64,000 nucleotides of DNA from the NCBI GenBank assembly GCA_963798485.1, contig CAWCTR010000007.1, forward strand, positions 352,001 to 416,000. The letters run 5' to 3'. Below the pieces are notes generated by a model. The model was not told where the DNA came from. It searched no databases and was given only the letters and a program-made list of their open reading frames with translations. The translations under genes were made by a program, and so were the position numbers. Below are positions 30,665 to 39,453 of the stretch, one piece after another (position 1 is the first letter of the stretch; each line of letters starts with the position of its first letter). Origin of the DNA: an uncultured delta proteobacterium. GTDB lineage: Bacteria > Desulfobacterota > Desulfomonilia > UBA1062.

Positions 30665-31057
30665 CTTAAGAAGCACGAACCTCATGCAAAGAAGTGATCA
30701 TGTATGTAGCTTGATAGAGCGATGATAATGAGTTGAGATGATGTCCTTGGTGAGGGTAGGGAGTGCAGCGAAGGCTTACCATCGAGCTATTAACGAGCTG
30801 GAATATGTGTTGTAAGGACTGTGATGTTCCTTCGGAGTGAACTTGATGAACTTCTTACCAGCAGGGGAGGAGCATCCCGGACAACCAGGGAGAAAAGGAC
30901 GATTCTCTGACACTATGGCCTATTAGATCAGTACCCCCCCCCATGACCGTCGCAGAAAGGGGGGTAATGCATGAGTCTCCTATTATGTATCCCTATGCAC
31001 ACGCTCGCCTGTCTGAGATCAATCCAAAAAAAATTTCAATCCCTATCGCATTTAAAA
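30665..31057. repeat. About 400-bp non-coding module, copy 1
   Basis: Collinear blocks shared with 39115-39417 and 41254-41950. Confidence 0.85.
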
Positions 31058-31170
31058 CCCTGTCAGTGCTGTAATGATACCGTAGCTCTAGTTTTCAAAG
31101 CTATGAATGGGCTTCCGAAATAGGGACGGTTAACACCCGTGATGAGTCGCAGCGGTTTTCGGAAGGGCTT

Positions 31171-31401
31171 CTATCTCTCGATGGACAACGGGCATAGCTC
31201 AGCCACACCTACAGTTATTGCCGCTTCGCTGCCAGCGCAGTTGTAATAACAGATCTTGTTCATGCCCGATATCTGCTCTCCGGTTTTAAAGCAAAGAATG
31301 CCCGTGGGCCTATCGTTGGAATCCAACCGATTAAGGCTCGCAGGTGAGCTAAGGACAGTAAACATTATGAGTGCTACCAAAACCATTCTGATGATTTTCA
31401 T
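31171..31401 (-). CDS. Small secreted protein with four Cys
   Basis: Signal peptide, CFKTGEQISGMNKICYYNC...CPLSI, GGAGG RBS. Confidence 0.7.
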   Translation of the reverse strand: MKIIRMVLVALIMFTVLSSPASLNRLDSNDRPTGILCFKTGEQISGMNKICYYNCAGSEAAITVGVAELCPLSIER

Positions 31402-31441
31402 TTGTCCTCCTCTATTGACCTATATGCAAGATGTTCATGAA

Positions 31442-31954
31442 TTAAATTGAATCCTTGTGCTTGATTGTCACAGTGAGCATACGAACTTCTATATTCATAT
31501 CCATTTCTAATAACTTGTTTCCTATGATTTTTTGCTCTTTCTGTCCTGTTGAAGTCACACGTTTAAAAGCATTTGTAAACCAATCTGAATCTGAATCATC
31601 CTCCAATTCAGGTGCAACATTCTTAACAAACCTCATCATCTTAGCTAAGTTTTCAAGTCTAACATGAGCATCATCTGGAAGACCGATGGCAAGTGATGCT
31701 CTTGAAACATTATCCCTATTCCCTGTTATTTCCAACCTCGCATGATCACCTGGTGCATTTCCACCGTAACAAGGCAGACCACGAACATCATCCAATTTAA
31801 CCATGGGGAAATCCTGGCCGATATATCTCATTATCTGATCATATGAAATTCCAATGGGTAATAATTTTTTTGTTTGAGCATTGGCATTTGAAGATGTCAA
31901 TGCTGTGAGCAAAAAGCAAGTTATTCCAAATATCAAAATGACTCTATTCCGCAC
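31442..31954 (-). CDS. Exported hypothetical protein
   Basis: Signal peptide ending ANA; AAGGAG RBS. Confidence 0.7.
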   Translation of the reverse strand: MRNRVILIFGITCFLLTALTSSNANAQTKKLLPIGISYDQIMRYIGQDFPMVKLDDVRGLPCYGGNAPGDHARLEITGNRDNVSRASLAIGLPDDAHVRLENLAKMMRFVKNVAPELEDDSDSDWFTNAFKRVTSTGQKEQKIIGNKLLEMDMNIEVRMLTVTIKHKDSI

Positions 31955-32088
31955 GACAGACTCTCCTTACATAACTTATTTGTGTTTACATTTAACACAT
32001 TGTGCCAGTTAATAGCACTCAAAAAACATATGCTGCTCTGAGCAGGTAGATGATGGATAATGCCGCACCTTACGTAATCTGTTGAGCA

Positions 32089-32698
32089 TCATTTCAACTG
32101 ACTGACGCCCACTGATTTATCAACTCCATCAACCTTCATTTTAAATCCACCGCCATACCGGAAGATTATTACTCCCGGCATGAAAGCGTAATGGTAGCAG
32201 TAGTAATATTCGCTCTGCTGCCATATCTGCCCATTGGTCAGCTTCACGATAGTCTCTCCTTCCCATCCTTTGAAATCACCGTCTATTTTGCATTCGATTA
32301 CTTCCGAAGAAGGTTCTTTTTGTGATTCAGATTTTGCTGATTCCAAAGACCTAGCCTGCTGAAGAAAGCCGAAGAGTTGTAGCGTTTGATCGGGACTTAA
32401 TCTACGGTTCTGAGATATATTTACAATATCCTGAGAAGTGACTCCGTAAGCCCCTTCACTCTTAATCATAACAAAGAGATCGTTCATTGCAGCTTTTAAT
32501 CTCTGTTTATTCAGAGTCGCAGAAAGATCATCCATTGATTTGGTGAAAGAATCAGTCTCCTCTCTTAATCTGCCGATTGGCTTCTTCACTTCCCACAAGC
32601 CTTCCCATAGCCCACCTCCGGCATGAATGACTCGATGACCAGAACCATACGGTGGCTGATGCCAATATGAGCAGTACAATGATTTGTGCCTTCTTCAC
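32089..32698 (-). CDS. Exported hypothetical protein; signal peptide separated by a +1 frameshift
   Basis: GTG at 32698 gives MKKAQIIVLLILASATVWFWSS; removing one base joins it to VIHAGGGLW...; C-terminal IDGDFKGWEGETIVKLTNGQIWQQ domain. Confidence 0.6.
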
Positions 32699-32817
32699 GA
32701 CTTACATGCCCCCTCATAAGGAAGATGGACTTAACCATTAGAGATGTTGTTTGCCTAATTATATAAGATTATGATCTATTTAATGGATTATGGCAACAAT
32801 AACACATACCATTATTT

Positions 32818-33366
32818 TCACTTGCCAGTATACCTCTCCGAATGCCCCTTATGCTCGTTGAAGTTCTGGATATACCTGTCCACCAAAGGCTTGTTCCCTT
32901 TCATGATCAAGAGGTTCTCTGCATTGTTCTCCTCTGCTGCCTTGGTGAAGTTGAATGACCCCGTGATCAAGGTGACCCGGTCTATCACCATGATCTTGTT
33001 ATGAGCTATCGCATGGGCTGAGTCGATATAAGTTGGTATCCCAGCATGAGCGACAAAGTCAGCAGATGAATACTTCTGAGAGCGTTGCCCTTTATCCAAG
33101 ATCACCTCTATCTTGATTCCTCTCTTCCAGGCATCGACAAGGGCCTTGGCTATGGGCTTGCTTGTGAAGGAATATGCCTGAACAAGGATCTCTGATCTTG
33201 CCCCGTTGATCTCTTGCACAATGGCTTCTGTAGCACCACCACGAGGGGAGAAGTAGGCATCTATAGTGCCGATTGCCTTGAACTGCTCAGCATGGGCCGA
33301 TATAGGTAGGATCGAAATAATCAGACAGCAGGTGAGGAGAATGAGTCTGGGTGCAATGTATTTCAT
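32818..33366 (-). CDS. Phospholipase D family Nuc-like endonuclease, exported
   Basis: FSPRGGA, AYSFTS, single HKD motif HNKIMVID, TGSFNFT and NAEN; signal peptide. Confidence 0.9.
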   Translation of the reverse strand: MKYIAPRLILLTCCLIISILPISAHAEQFKAIGTIDAYFSPRGGATEAIVQEINGARSEILVQAYSFTSKPIAKALVDAWKRGIKIEVILDKGQRSQKYSSADFVAHAGIPTYIDSAHAIAHNKIMVIDRVTLITGSFNFTKAAEENNAENLLIMKGNKPLVDRYIQNFNEHKGHSERYTGK

Positions 33367-33445
33367 GATGTGCCTCTCTTAAGATGTATGTGTCTATGGG
33401 ATATACGATTTTACCACGGGAAGGAATAGGCTGTTTCAGGCCTTC

Positions 33446-33718
33446 GCCTCTGTTTCTGTCTGTAGTAACATATAATATTCCAAGCATGTCCATGAACTGG
33501 CTTCCCTGCTGATGATGTAGCAATCCACATATCACAATATTGCCTTGCCCAAACATGCGTATAACTAGTTTTCATACCGTCAAGCGGTGATGAACAGGAT
33601 GGAATAAATAATACTGAGTTTATTCGTAATATTAGAGATAATCCCAGTATCAATCCACCGATGTCTTCCTTATGGCTCATGCTCTTGAGCGTAGATTGAA
33701 ATATGGTGCCGATGTGCG
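33446..33718. repeat. About 270-bp right-end conserved segment, copy 1
   Basis: Collinear diverged copy at 43846-44117. Confidence 0.92.
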
Positions 33719-33818
33719 CTTAATGTGAACACCATTATTTTGAATCATCCAATCTTGCGGAGTAGCGCAACGGTAGCACCCTACCTGCAAAGCATGGCTG
33801 TGACTTATTGGTCGAGGG

Positions 33819-33841
33819 TTCAAATCCCTCCTCCGCTACCA
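33819..33841 (+). repeat. att core copy 2, followed by an IHF-consensus site
   Basis: 23-bp core, then TAACTTATTGATA matching YAANNNNTTGATW. Confidence 0.93.
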
Positions 33842-33858
33842 TTAACTTATTGATATTA

Positions 33859-35022
33859 TTAATGGTTAGTATTTGTTTTGGCTCCCCGTGTCTTCCCCGT
33901 AATCGGTATTACATTCCGTTCAAGCAGTTCACGCTTCTTCGCAATACTTGCCCTTGCATAAGCCTCCGTTGAAGAGTAGCTAGCCCAATCTCCGGCCACC
34001 TGGAGATCACTCCTTGACATCCCTTCCTCGTTGTACATTTGTGAAGCCCTGCTGGTCTTGGTGCCACGATATACATCTATGTTTTCACCAGCCTTCTCAC
34101 AGGCCTCTTTCCATATCTTTCTATATTGCCTCTCTGTGTACCGTTTACCCTCAAGCCTTGATTCGGCGCATGTGAAGAAGTAAGGCCCGAATGATTTTGG
34201 CATGGAGTCCATATATGGCTTGAACTCAGAGTGACAGGGTATCACATGGATATCACCTGTCTTGGTTCGATCAACCACCTTGCTATCACTTACCCCTCTG
34301 CGTATGATGAATGCGTCTTGAGCTTGGTCATAGTCAATCTTCTGTAATGCCATGGCTTCACCCGGTCGTCTGAGGTGCAGATATAACCACATGAAGAAGG
34401 GTTTGTGCTCTGTGGGGATCTCCTTTATCACGGCGTAGTATCTATCACTTGGCAGCCATTCGATAGGCTTTTGTCTGATATCGTATAGACTCTTTTCAGG
34501 GAAAGGCGGAACAGCAAGAATACGCTCAGACTTCCATGCATACCTGAGGCAGCATCGAAGCGTATCGACTACGTTCTTTTTGTTATTCCCTGATCCTGGC
34601 ACCCAGTTGAGAAGCTTAACGAGGGTATCATATCGAATCTCATGAAGCATGATAGGGTTCTCCTTGAAGAATGGAATCAGGTGAACATTGACAGCAGTCT
34701 TATACTTCTTGTAACCACCAGGGGTCAACGTAGGCCGTCTATCCTCAAGCCACTGCTCCATATATGGGATGATGTCAGCAAGGTGTTCACCGAGATACTT
34801 CTCGATGCGTAGGATTCCCCGCTCTTCATCTCCCTGTATAAGGGCAAGGAGCTTCTCGGCCTTCTTGTAACCTATATCGCTCTTCTTGTCTGGGTGCCTC
34901 TGGTACATTGGATCTGATTCCCCAAGATATTTCGATATCTTATACACTCTGCCCTGCTGAGACCAGTTGACAATCCAGTATGGTATCCGCACATCCTTCC
35001 GAAGCGTAATAGAGCCCTTCAT
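33859..35022 (-). CDS. Tyrosine integrase of element 2
   Basis: LRRPGEAMAL, RTKTG, VYRGTKTS and GDWASYSSTEAY boxes; start MKGSITL with GGAGG RBS. Confidence 0.9.
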   Translation of the reverse strand: MKGSITLRKDVRIPYWIVNWSQQGRVYKISKYLGESDPMYQRHPDKKSDIGYKKAEKLLALIQGDEERGILRIEKYLGEHLADIIPYMEQWLEDRRPTLTPGGYKKYKTAVNVHLIPFFKENPIMLHEIRYDTLVKLLNWVPGSGNNKKNVVDTLRCCLRYAWKSERILAVPPFPEKSLYDIRQKPIEWLPSDRYYAVIKEIPTEHKPFFMWLYLHLRRPGEAMALQKIDYDQAQDAFIIRRGVSDSKVVDRTKTGDIHVIPCHSEFKPYMDSMPKSFGPYFFTCAESRLEGKRYTERQYRKIWKEACEKAGENIDVYRGTKTSRASQMYNEEGMSRSDLQVAGDWASYSSTEAYARASIAKKRELLERNVIPITGKTRGAKTNTNH

Positions 35023-35053
35023 GCATACCCCTCCCTCGAATTTATGTGAGGGA

Positions 35054-35082
35054 AGGGTATACTCTGTCTGGGAAAACATCAA
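35054..35082 (-). promoter_or_regulatory. Putative sigma70 promoter of integrase 2
   Basis: TTGATG-17 bp-TACCCT, with palindrome AGCATCGATGCT at 35092-35103. Confidence 0.6.
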
Positions 35083-35269
35083 TGCTTGTGCAGCATCGAT
35101 GCTCCCAGATCTGCATGTGGACTCAGTCTGCAAAGTTAGTAATACCTCCGTCTATGGCAGCAGGGGGCTGCGCTGGGTGAAGTTTCCGTTTCAACTCGAA
35201 TCAGTGCTTCATCGATTTCCATCAAGGAATGATGGAACTTTAAGAACTACTTGAAATTATAAGGTGAAT

Positions 35270-35830
35270 CTCATAACCTATTGGAATATAATGATTTATA
35301 TGCGTTCCCAACAAAATCCTAACAAGTTCCCAACAAATCCTAACAGACCCAACAAATCCTAACATTGTCGTATTAAACATCATAATACATTGGATTCAAT
35401 ATAACTTAGTGCGTTCCGAACAAAATCCGAACACGTTCCGAACAAATCCGAGCAATCCGAACATTTCCGAACATTCCCATCATGGTTACGGGATGAAACA
35501 CTTAACTATATGAAATATAATACCTTTCTGTCACTCTCAACAAAGTCTCAACAAACTTTCAACAACTCTCAACACTCTCAACAACTTTCAACAATCCCAT
35601 CATGGTTACAGGATTAACCCACTTAACCTATTGGAATATATTGATTATATGTGTTCTGAACAAAATGTGAACACGTTCTGAACAAATCCAAACAATGTGA
35701 ACAAATCCAAACAATCCCATCAAGGATACCGGATGATTCCACTAAACCGATGGAAATATAATGTCTTTCTGAGCAACCTCACAGATTCCTCACAAATTCT
35801 GACAAACCTCACAGATCCTCACATTGTCAT
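35270..35830. repeat. Hierarchical array: five units of about 120 bp, each with 5-6 phased 9-11 bp repeats
   Basis: Repeat ends at 35313-35364, 35422-35473, 35542-35593 and 35662-35713 (spacing 11,11,10,9,10) and 35783-35823 (11,10,9,10). Confidence 0.95.
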
Positions 35831-35880
35831 AAGTATGACCCTCACGCTCTCCCCTGCTGGTGACAAAGCCAGTAGTAGAG

Positions 35881-35932
35881 CGGGCCGCAACAAGACGGCC
35901 CGAAAGTATATAGAGTCTATTGCAGCAGTGGG
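35881..35932. repeat. CGGGCCG-N8-CGGCCCG hairpin module, copy 3
   Basis: CGGGCCG caacaaga CGGCCCG ... ATTGCAGCAGTGG. Confidence 0.85.
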
Positions 35933-36037
35933 TGGGGAAGTGTAGTGTCTCTGTGTAGCATTTCGGTACTAATCATTCCTGATGACCTACATAATATAAT
36001 TTTTAAATCATTATTTTATGTAGGTGCTCAATATTGA

Positions 36038-36406
36038 TTACCTATACTCTTTCCAGCTATCGACAAGCCTGTATGTTGCCAATGTATTCCTCTTTTTTCC
36101 CATTACTCCTTTTCGTGCTCTCCGTAGGAAGCCTTTTTCAATCAGATCTGCAATATGCCTAGTGAACGAGGCGCTGCTTATCCCCAACCCTTTCGCTCTT
36201 GCAGCAGGGAAGGGATAAGGCCCCTCGTCATAGACAGGCTTTCCTTCTGAGTCAGCCGTAAATGTCCTCCAGTGAAGGAATTCCATAAGCACATACCGGG
36301 CATCCCCACTAAGAGCCCTGAACGCCCTTGAATGGAACATATCCCTTTCTATGAAGAGGCGAGGAGCTTTGCCCTTCCATTCGTCAGCAATGTCTATCAG
36401 TTTCAT
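36038..36406 (-). CDS. Winged-helix protein (replication-initiator-like)
   Basis: AFRALSGDARYVL and LGISSASFTRHIADLIEKGFL; AAGGAG RBS before MKLIDI. Confidence 0.7.
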   Translation of the reverse strand: MKLIDIADEWKGKAPRLFIERDMFHSRAFRALSGDARYVLMEFLHWRTFTADSEGKPVYDEGPYPFPAARAKGLGISSASFTRHIADLIEKGFLRRARKGVMGKKRNTLATYRLVDSWKEYR

Positions 36407-36966
36407 ACTCCTTGCCTCTCTCTCCCTGCTGTCGTAGTAGCCCCGTGGCCTAGTATTCCAGAGCTGCTCCAACTAAGTTTGTATTCTCCATAGCCCTGAC
36501 ATACACCTCGGCAAGCAATATTCACAAGGGCGATATTACATGATGGCAAATATACTGATAAAAAAGGGGCTCCGATGATAGTCGTCACTCCTTCTACACG
36601 CTCCTCCACTAGCAAGCATGTATCGCTGGTAAGCACGAGTCTTGCGGTACTTGACGACTTTTTTCATGTATGACCCCCTTTCTGGCCTAAACATACACCT
36701 TGGCAATCAATATCATAAGCACAAAAAGACTATAATGGAAAATAATTTGCAATGGTGTTGCCATGATCGCCGTGACCTCCTTTTTGGCTTAACCATACAT
36801 CTTGGCAAAGAAAGTTGTGAACACAAAGTGATCACTGTTGAAAATGTATTTTACTCTCTAGCCTGACAATACACCTTGGAAATTAAATTGGTTCGTGCAA
36901 ACTGATACAGTATTAATTTCCTTGCTGTATTTCGAGTTAATGGTTGGTGAGCTCTGGCTTGTCCGG

Positions 36967-37365
36967 CTACTTCTCCAAGCTTGCAAGAATGCCTTGTAAT
37001 ACAGGTGTCAGGTTATAACCACGCTTAAGGATTTGGTCGATCAGTTCATTAACCTTCGTGTTGGAGAGAACCCTTGCAACCCTCCAGAATCCCTTTTCCC
37101 TCGGATCATCATAGCCCTGTCCGTCATAGATGTCAGTTGCTGTTATGACACCACCTTCAATAAAGCTTATGAGGTAATAAGCCGTTAAAGGCTTCCTGTA
37201 CTTGGATGTCTGAGCATTCTTCGATAACAGATCTGATAACCTGGAGTTGGGGAACCCCAGCTTAATCGATAGTTCCAACTGGTTCATATTGTTCTTATGC
37301 AGATAGTCACGAACCAGAATGCCAAACTTCTCTTGTAATCTTGATAGATTAACCTTGTTCAACAT
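36967..37365 (-). CDS. XRE/Cro-like HTH regulator
   Basis: MNQLELSIKLGFPNSRLSDLL; GGAGG RBS. Confidence 0.7.
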   Translation of the reverse strand: MLNKVNLSRLQEKFGILVRDYLHKNNMNQLELSIKLGFPNSRLSDLLSKNAQTSKYRKPLTAYYLISFIEGGVITATDIYDGQGYDDPREKGFWRVARVLSNTKVNELIDQILKRGYNLTPVLQGILASLEK

Positions 37366-37736
37366 AGCGACCTCCGGTGTAAGTATGATCTATATGAAGA
37401 GCTGCAAGCAGTCAATGCATGAGATTGCCACTGTGTAAATATGATCATATTTGGAGGTCGTGGAGAGTAGGTATAGTTTGCCATGATGTAATCCATCAAC
37501 CTTGGCAAAGAATCCTCACCACCGAGCTATTACGAGCCTGGAATAGGCCTGTGATTTGTGGAGGTCTTGCATATAGATCACCATTTATTTTATGTGCAAA
37601 GCTGATCACGTATCATAGGTATCTATTATTTCTTCAATGGAAGTGCATTATTTTGAATGCCTAATTGATTTTTATACGGTAAGATATCATCATTGTATCT
37701 TTTTGACAGCTGGTGGCTACTTTCAAGGGGGGCAAG

Positions 37737-38258
37737 ATGAAGCATCCACTAACCCTTATTGTCGGTTGCGCTTTTCTCTTTTTTGTTGCTGGCTGCGCTA
37801 CGCCATACCAACCCGTTGGTCTCGGAGGAGGGTATTCCGAAACGCAGCTAGCTCCTGATGTTTTTCGTGTCAACGTGAGGGGCAATGGATACACCTCAAA
37901 CGAACGTGCACAAGACTTCGCTCTTCTACGGGCAGCTGAACTGACCTTGCAGCATGGATTCAAGTATTTTGCCATAATCGATGAATCTTCATCCACCGAT
38001 GTCAGTACATATTCGACACCAGGCTCATCCCAGACCACTGGATCTTCCACCGGCACAGCAAATGTGTATGGAAACTATGGAACCTACCAAGGCACTTACT
38101 CAGGAACTACCACTTACAATCCACCTCAGACCTACAATATCCACAAGCCACGAAGCTCTATCTCTGTCCGATGCTTTGCTGACAAACCAGACTCAACTTA
38201 CACTTTTGACGCAGTATTCTTGCAACAATCAATAAGTCAGAAATATGGAATCAAGTAA
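37737..38258 (+). CDS. Lipoprotein (CC0125/CC1285-like)
   Basis: Lipobox VAGC, ATPYQP, GYSETQL and ALLRAAELTLQHGFKYF. Confidence 0.8.
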   Translation: MKHPLTLIVGCAFLFFVAGCATPYQPVGLGGGYSETQLAPDVFRVNVRGNGYTSNERAQDFALLRAAELTLQHGFKYFAIIDESSSTDVSTYSTPGSSQTTGSSTGTANVYGNYGTYQGTYSGTTTYNPPQTYNIHKPRSSISVRCFADKPDSTYTFDAVFLQQSISQKYGIK

Positions 38259-38341
38259 CTGGCTTTCAGTCGATAACGTGTCACAGCAAATGTTTTGCAT
38301 ATACTGAAGGTTATGAGAGAAGATCTCTATGGGCTACGTGA

Positions 38342-38956
38342 TTAATTGCTTGAGTCCAATGCCTTGGCATTTCTCTTCGCCCTGACAAGCGTTGACACAC
38401 TCAGACCAGTCTCTAAGGCAACATCATTGTAGCTCTTCCCCTGCTGGAGTAGGGCAAGACCATTCCCCACCTTGTCAGCTTCTCTCCTTGGTCTTCCACC
38501 AATTCTTCCCTTTGCCCTTGCATTGGCAAGCCCTGACTTGACACGCTCACGAATAAGCTCAAGCTCGAACTCAGCTATCAAGGATAGCATTCCTGCCATC
38601 ATTCTCCCTGCTGGTGTGGTCATGTCTACTTGACCAGGTGCCACGAAAGCTACTCCCAGGTGTTTCAATTCATCAACTGTATTCACAAGGTCTTTAGTAG
38701 ATCGACTCCACCTATCCAAGGATAAGACCAGGATAGCATCAATCTCCCTCTTGCGTGCCATGTTGAGGATCTTCTCACGTTCTGGTTTCTTCTCTGCTGC
38801 ACCACTTATCTTTTCCTCGAACTCTATGACTATCTCCCAGCCTCTTGCCTCTGCATGTGCTCGAAGGTCTTTGAGTTGTCTATCCACTGATTGATCCTTT
38901 GTCGATACCCTGGTGTAAATCGCCACTCGCTCCACTTTCCCTACTTTCTTGGGCAT
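38342..38956 (-). CDS. Serine resolvase/invertase
   Basis: YTRVST, LDRWSRS, ERVKSGL and GGRPR motifs; C-terminal HTH. Confidence 0.93.
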   Translation of the reverse strand: MPKKVGKVERVAIYTRVSTKDQSVDRQLKDLRAHAEARGWEIVIEFEEKISGAAEKKPEREKILNMARKREIDAILVLSLDRWSRSTKDLVNTVDELKHLGVAFVAPGQVDMTTPAGRMMAGMLSLIAEFELELIRERVKSGLANARAKGRIGGRPRREADKVGNGLALLQQGKSYNDVALETGLSVSTLVRAKRNAKALDSSN

Positions 38957-39114
38957 GGTCAAAAACCTCCTTAAAATGATGTCTGGAAATCAAGCACTGA
39001 TGCAGAGGGTATCACACAAATCACTGATGGTCAAATACAATTGATTATGACCAATCAAGGAGACAGCCCCAGCAGGGTATCAAGAAGACTGATTGTATTG
39101 AAATGATATAGGTC

Positions 39115-39417
39115 GATAGAGCGATGACAACAATCGGGATGATGTCCTTGGTAGGGCTGATACAACTAAGGCTTACCACCGAGCGGCTACGAGCTGGGAA
39201 TTGTGATGCAAGGACTGGGAAGATACCATTGCCAAGAAGGAAGGATTGTACAGACAGAATGAATTCCTTGGATTCCTGGCCCTTAGTTTGACCCCCCCTG
39301 GCACCCCCTGGCAGAAAAGGCCCACCCCATAGAGTCTCCTTCTATGTATCCCTATGTGCTTGTGTGCCTGTCTGGAGGTAACCCCAATATTTTCCAAAAT
39401 CTAATCGCATTAAAAAA
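39115..39417. repeat. Non-coding module, copy 2
   Basis: GATAGAGCGATGA..GATGATGTCCTTGGT..AAGGCTTACCA..poly-C..TATGTATCCCTATG..ATCGCATT. Confidence 0.85.
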
Positions 39418-39453
39418 GCAGGGACTGAGATTTACCGTGCTTTTACAAGCTTA

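Larger units (their letters stand above)
24565..33841. mobile_element. Integrative element 1 (about 9.3 kb) in tRNA-Met
   Basis: Bounded by direct repeats TTCAAATCCCTCCTCCGCTACCA; integrase adjacent to the tRNA. Confidence 0.9.

Noticed and set aside
31060-33400. Integron cassette array
   Set aside because: Genes are co-oriented and cassette-like, and GCTCAAC follows one stop, but I could not find paired R and L boxes forming attC sites, and neither integrase looks like IntI. IntegronFinder would settle it.
33287-33680. ORFs over the 270-bp end segment (also 43945-44190)
   Set aside because: Frames are not preserved between the two copies and substitutions are mostly non-synonymous.
35270-35830. 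CRISPR array
   Set aside because: The constant parts are degenerate, the variable parts are themselves internal tandem repeats, and no cas genes are in the window.
35300-35945. Coding interpretation of the array (short minus-strand peptides, ORF 35697-35945)
   Set aside because: 9-11 bp periods break codon phase, unit 3 has an early stop, and conservation is at the DNA spacing level.
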